Positions 50,618 to 62,357 of a stretch of 64,000 bases of DNA are shown here, piece by piece; within the stretch, counting starts at the first letter, position 1; each line of letters starts with the position of its first letter. The translations under genes were made by a program, and so were the position numbers. The notes beneath the pieces are model-generated. The model did not search any database. It was given only the letters and a program-made list of their open reading frames with translations, and was not told the DNA's origin. This DNA is from Octopus sinensis (Eukaryota), in contig NW_021836129.1 of the NCBI RefSeq assembly GCF_006345805.1, positions 1 through 64,000 of the forward strand, in the 5' to 3' direction.

Positions 50618-52562
50618 CTACGTACTACTGCTATTCAAACAGGGAATGAAAAAATACAAAAATATATATTGGGCGTCTCTCCTCATGCGGGAATATATAA
50701 TACTCGTTAGAAACTCGTGGTTAACCCCATCCAAGTCAGTATTTAGGGGAAGTGAAGAAGGCTCAGTGGACTGTAAGTAGGCTTGCACTAAAAATAGAAA
50801 AAGAAGGCAAACTGTCACGAGCGTGTTGTTGGATAAATGTGCGAGTTTGTGAAGGTGGAGTCCAACTTGGGTTGTTTCTCTGAAATGTGAGAATAAAAGC
50901 ACCGAAAATGCAAGGAGTGATATTTCGAGTTTATCATGAAGAGTGGTGTGGTCAGGGGGGACATGAAGGAGGGCATAATCCAGCATATCTCCACCTGCGT
51001 GTGTACGGAGAGTATGTTGGCAAACAAAATGTACAAGTCGTGGGATTTGATGTCGAAAAAAGAAGAAAAGAAATAAAGGAGCAGTAAATGGTGCAGCCAC
51101 TTGTTGTATCAAATAAATCTGTAAGTGTTGAATAAGTACAACTAAATGTGATTGAAAGAGGAGTGTAAAATGTCGATAAGTGTGGAGTGGTTGATGTTGG
51201 TCGGGGGAGAAATGATATAAATGGGCTACCAGATGGGGGATAATGTGGTGTGGATTAGTAGTGGTAGACTATGATAAGGAGAGAGAAAACAACCTGTCGA
51301 CTACTAGCAAAGGCATAAACAGCAGCTGGAATATAAATAAACAAAGACAGACTAGTGATGGCAATAGCAGTCACAATTCTGGGGACTTGAAGAATAGTGT
51401 CATGAAGGAGTGTAAGTACAGCAAACAAGAGAAGGACAGCCCCCGCAAAATAAGTAGCATGTCTTGCCAACACACCCACCAATGGAGAAGAAAAACATTG
51501 AATATACTGATTGGCAAAAGGATAGGCCAAAGCAAGTCGTTCCTCCAATTCATGATCCAATTCAGAGTAGTTACGAAGGGAATAGTAAGCAATAGGAGTC
51601 CAGCGGTGTCGAAATATACTGGAAGGAGCCCTACGAATCATCTAAACTAATCAGACAGACATACCTCAGCATATTCGAAGCACACATACAACAGTTGGAC
51701 AACAAACAAGAATGGGGATAAAACTAAGCCAAACAAGCACATCACCACCAACCGTGTTCTAATTCTACCATATTAGAGAAGGCTACGTTCTCTCCGCATA
51801 TTCCCTCAGACCCCCCACTCGGTATATCTCTGCTATACTCACCCTTGTTGAGAATACAGTCCCCTGCACACACGACGGAAATAAGAGCTTAAACAAATAC
51901 AATTCCATCAATTTTGTAAAGCAAGGAATAGATTCAAATTCTCTTATTAGTCCTACCATAAAATTGGTATGTCGGACAATCATGCTGTGGCAAACTTACA
52001 TTATACTTACATTCTTACGTAATTCATCTAGGCCACTGTCCTTCTCCATTAGTCCTCTCTCAATCCTCTCCCATGCAGTCACGTACAGTTCATTCTACCA
52101 TCACATCCACTCACTCACTGAATTTATAGACATATCCTTCAATAATCTCCTCATATTCCACAAATGGGGCAGTCTCCATAATAGAATACATATTTTGACA
52201 ACACTGAATATTCCCACTCCCACCACTACACACATTTCCCCTCTACTACACACTCTCAGACATGACTCCACTGGTAGGAATATGTCTGATATGTTCCCTT
52301 CTTTCATATTCCACCAATCAAAGTCCACACATTTATATACGTACATTACAAACACACACAAAAACACAATTCGTCTATATTCATTTAGTCTTTAGTACAT
52401 TATATTGAATAGTTCGTCCACTATTATGCACCATATTCCTTTCTTTCGGTAGTAGTCGTACACTGAGCTTACCAACCAGTCCCTTTCCGTAGTCGAGAAG
52501 GTCCCACTATTCGATGTGTTCAACAGAGGTTTCGACAAGTCATCCAGATCCACATCATCCAT
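50618..52562 (-). CDS. ATG9: Autophagy protein ATG9, apparently intact, with micro-introns
   Basis: MDDV..VYDYYRKKGIWCI..|..CVDF..IVRHTNFMVGL..RWTPIAYYSLRNYSELDHEL..APFTAPLFL..GGDM..KLEISL..NNPSWTPP; 24-nt introns at 52375-52398, 52095-52118 and 51995-52018. Middle introns and the exact 3' end were not all traced. Confidence 0.9.
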
Positions 52563-53199
52563 TCAAACCTCAATTTTATTTATTACCACCAACCTAACAA
52601 ATATATATATAAATATATTCTTATAATTATATTAAAATACAGGGGTCCTACAACTCGTACATCTTATTAAAGTTGGGTACTTAATCGACCAAGCACAGTC
52701 TGTTCTGTTACATCGACTGGCAATGTTGACTGATATTTTGTTGTCAATAAATAGACGAGACTCCTACGAATTGTCCATGTCAGTTATCTACTCTCTCAGA
52801 ACTAGATTTGGGCTTCAGAGAACGGAATCCAGTGCATAAATGCGTATGACAAAACATTACACATTTATTGACCAAACAAAGACATTCTTAGTTGATTAGT
52901 TACTTTAAACTAAATGGTTTGGAAAATAATTTTGAGAAATCAGCGACAAGTTAGTCTACCCATTTTCATCTTGACAGATAAATAAGTGCAAAGTAATATA
53001 CACCCCTCGACATTAAAATCCAAACAATTAATAAATCGTCATTTTTATTATCAAATTTAGAAAAAAAACCTTTGAGCATAATATTTTTTTCTATATTTTT
53101 AGATTAAAAAAATATATATTTACAAAAGTTTTATAAACGATATTTAAAAGCATAAAACGTGTTTTCAGTGGCGTAAAATTCCGGAGACTTTTGCTATTA

Positions 53200-55079
53200 C
53201 AGTACGACCCCGGTTTGGGGCAGACCCCATGGGTGGGGCACCCTCGGGTTTTGGGGCACCCCCGCTTTTAGGGGCAGTTTTTGAAAACAGTAAATTTTTC
53301 ATTCTATTATTTATTTTTGATGACCCCGGTTTGGGGCACTTATTTAATTTATTTAATTACAAAATGTTAGTTTATTTATTAATTATTAATTAATACTATT
53401 ATTTCACGTGTTTATTTTGACTTTAGTATGGTTCGTAAAAAGAATTCAAAGATTAATTATGAAACAAAAATTAAAATCGCTAAAGATATAAAACATGGTC
53501 AATTTTCAGAAAGAGATCTTGCTAAAAAGTATAAAACGAGCAAAGGTATCTTTTTTAACTAATTATTAATTACAGGTACTATTTCTCGCATTAAACAAAA
53601 TTTTGTTTATTATTTTGACGCGGGATTAACTGAATCCGATAGAATCAAGGAATCACATGATCCAAATAATGAATTAGATAGATTAGTTTTTGAAACTTTT
53701 CTACGTCTGAGAGATGAATTTCTTCCAATTTCTGGAACTATCTTAAAACTGATTGCAAAAAATTATCTAAAAAGATAAATTATGAATCATTTAAGGCATC
53801 AAATGGATGGCTAGACCGGTTCAAGAAAAGACACGAGTTGCTATTTAAAACTATAAGTGGAGAAAAGAATTCATCTGACCTTTCTACGGTTTCCAATTTT
53901 TTTGCTGATTATGACAACTGTTTGGAAACTGTAGGAAGTGAAAATATTTTTAACTGTGATGAAACAGCTTTATACATAAAGCGAACGCCGTCGAAATCTT
54001 TTGTTCAATTTAATGACAAATGCAATGGAATTAAAATGAGCAAAGAGAAAGTTACCCTTCTCCTTTGTTGTAATGCACTTGGTGAAAAGTTAAAACCTCT
54101 ATTAATTGGAAAATTCAAATCTCCTAGGTGTTTAAAAAATTTTAACGCTGAGGATCACGGAGTACTATATGCTGCATCAAAAAATTCGTGGATGACTAGT
54201 GATATTTTTGGGAAATGGTTATGGAAAGTAAATCAAGATATGATCAATGAAAAGAGAAAAATTGTCTTAATACTGGATAATGCGAGCTGTCACAGAAATA
54301 CAGAATATTCCAATGTTTATTTACTTTTTCTTCCCAAAAATACGACCGCTTTAATTCAACCCCTAGATATGGGAATAATAAAATCCTTCAAGTCCCTCTA
54401 TTTCAATAAACTGATTGATTTTACTCTTATATTTGAAAAAGAACAGCTTTCTGATTTGAATTTGAATAATGTCAATCTTAGACAAGTCATTACAGTTGTC
54501 GGGGAGGCATGGAAAATGATGTCAGAGACAACGATAATTAATTGCTGGCAGAAAATAAATGAAAACAGATCAAAAATTTCGGATAATGTACAGTTGGACG
54601 AAGAATTAATAGATGACGTGATTTCAGATGTTATTTCAATGGATTCGACAGATATTATTGAGGACAAAATTACTTATGATGGATATGAATCTAAAAAATC
54701 ATCAATTAAAGAAATCATAAACATCGTGAATTCTCTAGAAGATAATATTTTCAGTACATGTCCACAATTTTTGAAAATCTACTACGAATTTAGAAAAAAC
54801 CTATCAGGAGAACTGAAAAAAAACCAATTCGGTGAGAAAATTACTGATTACTTTTAATAGTATTTTTTGTTGGATTTATTAAAATTTTTAAATTTTATTA
54901 AGAAAGGACTATGTTAGAATTTTTATTAATATTAAATAATTTTAATTTATAGTCTAAAATGCAATAAAAATCTATTGAGGAGAAAATAAAAGCAAAAAAT
55001 CTTTACCCTCGCATTTTGGGGCACCCCCGCTTTTTAGGGCACTATGATAAAAATGCTGCCCCAAACCGGGGTCGTACTG
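53200..55079 (+). mobile_element. Full-length pogo/Tigger element
   Basis: Perfect 24-bp TIR CAGTACGACCCCGGTTTGGGGCAG, TA on both sides. Confidence 0.95.
53428..54857 (+). CDS. pogo transposase (DD29D) with 30-nt intron 53546-53575 and one 1-nt frameshift in an A6 run near 53757-53762
   Basis: MVRKK..TSK|GTISRIK..ASNGWLDRFK..NCDETAL..LDNASCH..QPLDMGII; 466 aa if one A is restored. Confidence 0.85.
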
Positions 55080-57588
55080 TATTACTTAATATATGTAGAT
55101 TTCTATAATGTCTTTAAATAGATGATATTTAAATGTCAATTCTGTTTCTTTAAAACAAATATTTTTCATTTCTATCCACATTGCTTTCAACTTTGTATAT
55201 CTTCTTATCTCATATGAGTATGAGTAAATCTGAATTTTGAGTGAAATCTGATGTTAGTTCTTAAATTTGAATTGTATTTTTGTATCGATGCAAATTCTAA
55301 AAAATTAATTTACTTTGCAACGTTTTTCAAAAATTTTGAATAGATTATATTTACTCATGAAAACATGACCAGAAGTGAAATTAACTGTTTTTGTTTTTAT
55401 AAAGAAATTGAAGTTATAAAAGCTATTAATTATTAAAAGTTATCATTATAAAACATAGAGTTTACCTGCGCCCACCCAATATCATCAAAGTCAAGTTTTC
55501 CTGTCTTTTCGGTCATTTTAGCAATTCGATATTATTTATTTGAAAAAAGCGCTTTACTAGTGCCGAAGTATGTTTCAGATCATTGTCTTGTTGGTAAATA
55601 GGATTTTTAAGTTTGATTTTGTTCAAAATTTTTTCTATCACTATTGTACACGTTAAATTTAGCTTCATTACTAAAAATAACTCCCTCCCAAAAATATTTT
55701 GGGAGCATATTCCTCTCTCAAACACATTTTCTACGACACACCACACAAAGGGCAGTCCCCTTCTACTAAGGACACATGACTCACTGAGGCCACGCCGACA
55801 AAGGACTCCCTCTCTTCTACTTACAACACAAACGGACTCCCCTTCTACTGAGGACACAAGCCTAGAGGTAGGCATTCTATAGAAAAGTTTAGTGCAGACA
55901 TTTAATTAGTTGTTCTCAATGTTTAAACTATTGAATATTATTAATTAATTGATCACCTGGAATTTGAAAGTTTTCCAAACTTTTGATATCTTAAATATGC
56001 AGAATATAAAACTGTTTTGAAGCAAAAATAAAATTATTTTTCCAAATAAATTAACTTTCAGAACTCCCAGCATGTTTATTATTTCAAATTAATTCACACT
56101 TTATTTACTGAATGTAATCAGTGTGTACGTTTTTATAAGTTATGAAATCTAAATCCAAATTTGAGTTGATGGAAGGACTGATCAACAATTCAAGAAATTG
56201 AATGTTTGTGTGTAATGGTCCTAAATACAAATTGGGGATAACTATGCACGTTATTATGCAATGAAAGGGTAAACGACTCGGCAGACTTTGCCCCCAATCT
56301 GGCCGTCAAATTTTCGAGAAATTTATGTCTTGAAATAATAGACCATAGAAGAAAACAAACACGTTGTTCATGTCCCGTCTTGACCAAAACTAGAAAAGTG
56401 TTAAAAAAAAGCTCAATGTGAGATATAAAAACCACAAAAACATCAAGAAAGGCCCGAGACTCCCTTCCCTGTCTAACCTTATCGAGAGACGGATATTCAC
56501 ACACCCAAATTGTAGGCACTAAAGTCGAATAGTAAGATCTTTGTGGGTCATGTTTTATATTCGGGTATGTGTAAGGCCTCTAATGGACTCTGTTTATAGT
56601 CTACCCTGGAGGCTCCTTTAGATTGATGTGTCAAATTGGGGCGGAATCAAATAAGTCGGAGCTGATCAGCTTTACGTAAACGAAATTCGAGTGATCAAGA
56701 GAATCAGTACCATCACTGGATTCGTGTGGACAATAAGTCCACGACGATTGGTATTGATCTTGAAATACGCCAGTCTCCTAGTTGTGTAACTCTGACGGAA
56801 CTTCAAACTCAGTGCTGTAAAGATTTCTTGACATGCATTGCTTGCCGAAAAAATAACACTACATAAGATTGGACTTGTACGGGAAACTCCGGATAGACGT
56901 TGCAATCTTTTGGAGCAAAAGAAAGTTGAACTTTTCCCACTATGTCTAAAATTATTTTCTGTTATGAAAAACTTTCTACAAAACTATAAAAAGTGCACTA
57001 TTAATATTTATAGCACTATTTTATAATCAACTCTTCAATTTGTGAGTTAGATTGAGTCTTTTTTTATGCTTAAATCATGTCCAAAGATTGAGTCTCTTTT
57101 AGACAAAAATTGTGCATGGCCAGCTGATTACACCTTTTGACGTTTAAAAGATCAAAATAAAATTTTTTGATAAAAACGTATTCAAAGCAATTAACGAATC
57201 CGGTCTGTCACTTTACAACTATTATATTGGACTAATCAACATTGAACCACACGAGTTTAAGGATATTTATGTTTATGTTCGACGTATTCTTTATAAGATA
57301 AAACTTTATTTAAACCCTGCAAATATATAAAGACTCTATTTACTAAAAGATAAACTTGGGTGAGAACTTACTTCAATTGTGTTAGTAATTGAATGCATTT
57401 TGTTCAAATTCCTCTATAATCTGAAAAAAAATCTGAAAGAACCTGAAATTCTGTGGGCTTTAAATTTAAAGAAAACACATATAACAATAATCGCGGGATC
57501 TTTAACTCTGAAATAGATGTAAGAAAACTCCAAAAGTTCAAATTAAATGTTTATTGATAAAAATTGACAGTAAATCTCTTTATTGTAT

Positions 57589-57915
57589 GTCACAGTGGCT
57601 GAAGACTAAGCTATGGATAATGGATTTGGACGGTCGTGAGTTCGATTCCGAAGGAGGCTGTTTTTCATCCTGGGGGTAATTCTCGTTATCGTTCCCCTGC
57701 CCGTGAGGCAACGAGTACTTCTGGCACGACACAGTTGGAAATGGGGATCTCTTACCTTCCGGGCTTAGCGTGGCGTTACGGGGTCCACCATGTCAGTTGG
57801 AAATTCCTTCGGATATGGCAACGCTCAGTAGGCACTTAATGCCTACCGAAAGAGGATTCTTAGCTTCTCAGACCCTGGGACATCGTCGTCTCAGGCCGAT
57901 CTTGCGGGAAGGATT
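57589..57915 (+). other. Candidate tRNA-derived SINE or structured RNA
   Basis: A-box-like TGGCTGAAG and B-box GTTCGATTC about 44 nt apart, followed by a GC-rich body with hairpins (TGCC-CGTGA-GGCA; GTAGGCA-CTTAA-TGCCTAC). Confidence 0.4.
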
Positions 57916-60252
57916 GAACCTATCTACAATTTTAAATCTAAACTTTATCTCCGACATTAAATTTGTACTCAGTATTGTGGACATTCATTTTCCCTGAGTT
58001 TATATTAATCGGATTTATATTAAATATAATTTTTTTCGACTAAGACAATTAAAATCGTCTAAATATAAATTATAAATTAAAATACTTTAATTTTTAATTT
58101 AATCTAAATTTAAAGAAATCTCTGAATTTTCAAAATTATTTTTAATATTTTCATAATTTTAAAATTTTACGCTTATCCTTCGATATTCTTCGACAATAAA
58201 AACCTGACCTTCAAGGACCAGCACAGTTTGGAGAAGACAATCCCAATATTTAACCGCATACTGTGAAAAGATCCCAGTATTGCTTATTTCAGGACATTTC
58301 AGGTCATTGTGGAGGCAGACATCTTCTTTACTCTGCCCCGATTGACCAAGAACATCGTGTTTTTTTATTTGATCATTTCAGTACGTTCGGTTTTTCAGAC
58401 TTAGACTACGACTCGAGTTAGACACTGCCCACGAACTTTTCTTTTTTGTGAGTGGCAAGCAGGCAGTCTACCTCAATCAAAAATGAGTTGTCTGTACTCG
58501 GTTTGTGCGTGTGTCTATTGGCAGAAATACAAAGACAAGGACAGATTTCTATATATCACATACGCCAACAAGTTGGTTTCTATGGCCGAAATTGATATTT
58601 AACCTATTCTTTTTTGTCTCTAATCATTCTGTTAGCATGTGATCTAATTATTTTACCAATTTCTCAAAAATATTGATTGGCGATGTGCTTAGTGGAGGGC
58701 ACTCATGTACTCACACTGACACACCAGATTAATCAAAACTAGCTTCATTTATAACAAGCTTCCTTTATAGTTTATATTCAGATTAGTTTACATTTTGATT
58801 CGAGTCAATATAATGCTCATGTTTTGAATTTGTGGAAATATTTTCGCAAATAAATCTGTCAAAAATGTTTTTGTTCTTTTAACTTGCAATTGATTTATGA
58901 TAATTATTAAACCACACTTGGAAAAAAATCGGAGATCATATCGTTAATTTCCATAACGACACATTTAAAGGCCCATTTCCCAGACCAGTGGAATGTCTCA
59001 TGATTTCAAAACACCTCTGGCCAACAATAGGAAAGTCGACATTTTTCACTTCCAACAGAAAAAGATCATGGAGTGATAAAAAGTAAGAAAATGAATGAAA
59101 TTGATCTACAAATGAACTTTAAGAAATTCTGTTGTCCAAAGTGAGAAGACGGTTGATGACAAGCAAACAAAAAGAGGTTATAACCCCCTTCAATTGCAGA
59201 AAACACTTCCCGGTGGCCAAGAAAGTAGGAGTTTCCTTCACTTACTGAATAACTCAACAAACTAGAACGTTTTAAGGCAGCAAAAAGATCAAAAATTGGA
59301 AATAAACGTGGGAGGATTAGTTAGCCTTCCTCTCTGTCTTGAGTGGAAATGACGAATGTGTAGATGAATTTGGTATAAACGAGCAACTCGGTGAAAATGA
59401 ATGCTAGAAATATCCACGACTAAGGACCGAAGCGATAGCAGGAATCTCTGAAGTGTAAATTGAGACGAAAGTCCAAACGAGTGTAAAAAATAGTCATTAA
59501 TATAACACCAAATACACTTTTGGACGACGAAGTGGCTAAGGTGGGTTAAGGACTGTCATTTAGATGTACAACAATGAGATCGACAGTCTGTTGGATGTAT
59601 TGGAAGTCGAGAGGGATGGAGATGACTTATACGTGTCCTATGGACTATTTAAGTATTAGGGGCTGCTTATTTATAGTAATCTTGAAAAGCAGCAAGTGGA
59701 ACAGTCCGACCGTATGACCGACCTACAAAGTGAAATCACGACATGTGAGGAATTGAAAGAACAGGTTTTTGGACATCATTACTTCAAGAAGAATTACTGC
59801 TTGCTCAGTCTAAAAGCTAACAGCAAGAACTATTGAGAGAGGTCAAAACTCAGAAGAGCAAAAACCTCTATAGCAACCAGATAGTATTGTTGAAAAGCGA
59901 TGACAAGGAACCAATTTTTTGTTTATTCTATAAGCAAGTTTGTTGATTGTGCTAATTTCGATTGGGGAAGCAATTAATTGATGAATAATTTAATAGGTTA
60001 TTATTCGCAATTATTTCCCAAATATTTTTATTGAACTTTAATCATGGCACAAGTATGCTCACAAATCCTAAATTAATAATTATTAAATAATGGAATTTTA
60101 TTATCAGTTCGTTTTCAACGGCATTTCTGCTAGAATTAGTCAGATTAGAGAGATTAAATTTGAGATAACTCAATTTTAAGGAACTAAATAAAAATGTACA
60201 AATAATTAGCATAATTACACAGATATAAAATGAAACTTAACAATGAATAATA

Positions 60253-61303
60253 ATGATTCTGATTGTCCTGTTGATGCTACAATACACATCAAGTATTATT
60301 TTATTGACACCAAATAGGTCCCGGTGAACTGAAGGTGAAGTATGATAAGAATAGAGTAATCTATTTTTATTTTAATTCAGATGTTCATGTTGGATGCTGT
60401 CAAAAATGTTGAATGATTATTTAACTAGCGTAGGCACTGTCACACCTAGTGAATATTTCGTTTGTCAATGAAGGAGAAGATATTTCTGTTGAGATTGTTG
60501 AGTTTGAACTCTATGTCAATCAAATTGTAGTTCAGCTAGTGATGAAGGATATCATGTTATTAATAGAGTTGGAAGATTGAATGTATTCCTTAATAGTTCA
60601 ACGAATGGTTAAGGTAAATATAACACATTTATAGTCGATGGAATGTTTAACGATTCCAAATGTCAAGTATATTCAGTGTTTTAATATAAGCAATATAAAC
60701 CCGGAATTATCATATACAAATTACTCAAAATAATGAATTTTGAAGATATTGATGACCCTGACAGTATTTTAAACCCGGAAAATAAATTGTGGTCTTTTTA
60801 TTTGTAATTATAGAAATGTTATCCCAAGTCCAGAATTGAATCAAAGATTCAGAGAATTAAGATTTGAAAGAGAAAGTATTGTTGAGGCATTGAGACTAAA
60901 TGAAGAAAATACAAGTGAACACCAAAAAACTAATTTTGAAGATGATGAAAATATTGACAATACAATTGGAAACCAAGAAACTAATTCCGAAGATGATGAA
61001 AATATTGACAATACGAGTGGAAGCCAAGAAATTAATCCCGAAAATGAAGAAAATACAAACAATACCATTGGAGACCAAGAAATTAATTCTGCAGCTCAAA
61101 ACAATACAGTTAGTGGTGCAGAGGTCGGTAAAGGAATCAGGAAAGGTATATTGCTTTTATGTCCCTTCCCTTTTTGGAATAAGGGTGTAATATATAATAG
61201 TGGATATGAGTTTTTATTTCATGGCTGGTGCAGTCTTGTGCATGCTGATTCTTCTTTAATCCCGATACTTTTACTAATTCAGGACACAATAACTAAATTT
61301 TAA
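60253..61303 (+). pseudogene. Duplicate of the 31660 secreted-protein gene with a lost splice donor
   Basis: Intron-4 donor GT is AT at 60513; the next GT (60515) would shift the frame. Confidence 0.6.
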
Positions 61304-62357
61304 TTTGGGCCTATCTGTTAAAGACACGTGACTGCTAAGTTTATTTTGAAATGGCAAATTAAGAAAATGATGTCAATCAAGCATAGTGTTTGTTTGTGTA
61401 ATTAAATAAAAGTTTTGATGGTAGGAGATAGTGAGTTATTAAATACAGTCTTACCTTTTTTGGAACGGACCTTGAGGCGTGGAAAACCTCTGTTTTTGAT
61501 ACATTTTTGAGATTTGGAACATTTCGAAAATTTATAAGAAAATTTATAAAATCCTTACCAAAAAGACCTCATTCCAAACGGAGGTTAGACTGTATCCCAA
61601 TTTTAATGAACTAAATAAAAATCAGAAATACTTCGCTTAATTACACAGATATAAAATGAAACTTTACGCTAAATAATTTTGAATCTGACTGTGCTGTTGA
61701 TGCTAAAAAACTTATTAAGAACCTGTTTTCACTAATAAATTTGTATTTTAGATATTTAAGGACTATACATAAGAATATTTCCGAAAAGTGTAAAACGTTC
61801 TAGAACCTGGAAAAAAGTTATAATAGATTAATTTAAATGAATGATTAATTCTTTGCAATCCTTGGTATATTGGAGTATAGTATCTAATATATAGTTTTTT
61901 GGTGCTTTTCACGTCAAAAGCAAACATTAATGTTGACGCATCAAGTATAATCTCGAAGCTCTAAAAATTAGCTTTAAATCCACAAATAAGCAAGGATTAC
62001 AAAAAATACAAAATCCCTTTCGACAAAGAAAACTGATCGTTGAACATTCAATTAATGGAAAATCTAATAAAGAAATTATCTAAATATGCCTCAATCCTCA
62101 TAAGTCGAATACTTTTCTTGAGAAAATCCAGAGATATTGAGAGCAAATCTCGTGGTGATAATTATTCTTACAAATTGAATGATTAACATAAGCAATATAT
62201 TTTTGGTTTGGCCAATGATAATCTATCATTGACACTATTAAAGTTAAAAAACATGGTTTTTTCTAAATTTCGGATAAATATTAGTCCGGATGCTATTAAC
62301 CAATGTCTTAAAAATTTTCCCTACATGCATCAACACTAATGCTTGATGAGTCAAGAC

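Noticed and set aside
20341-53762. Programmed -1 frameshifting in pogo, since both copies shift near the end of the HTH domain
   Set aside because: Only 53757 has a slippery heptamer (A AAA AAT); the 20356 site has an in-frame stop first. Homopolymer errors are evident elsewhere in this sequence.
57650-57730. HDV-like ribozyme or RNase P-like motifs in the GC-rich segment
   Set aside because: The required nested pseudoknot (P3/L3, catalytic C) and the RNase P CR-V element could not be built by hand.
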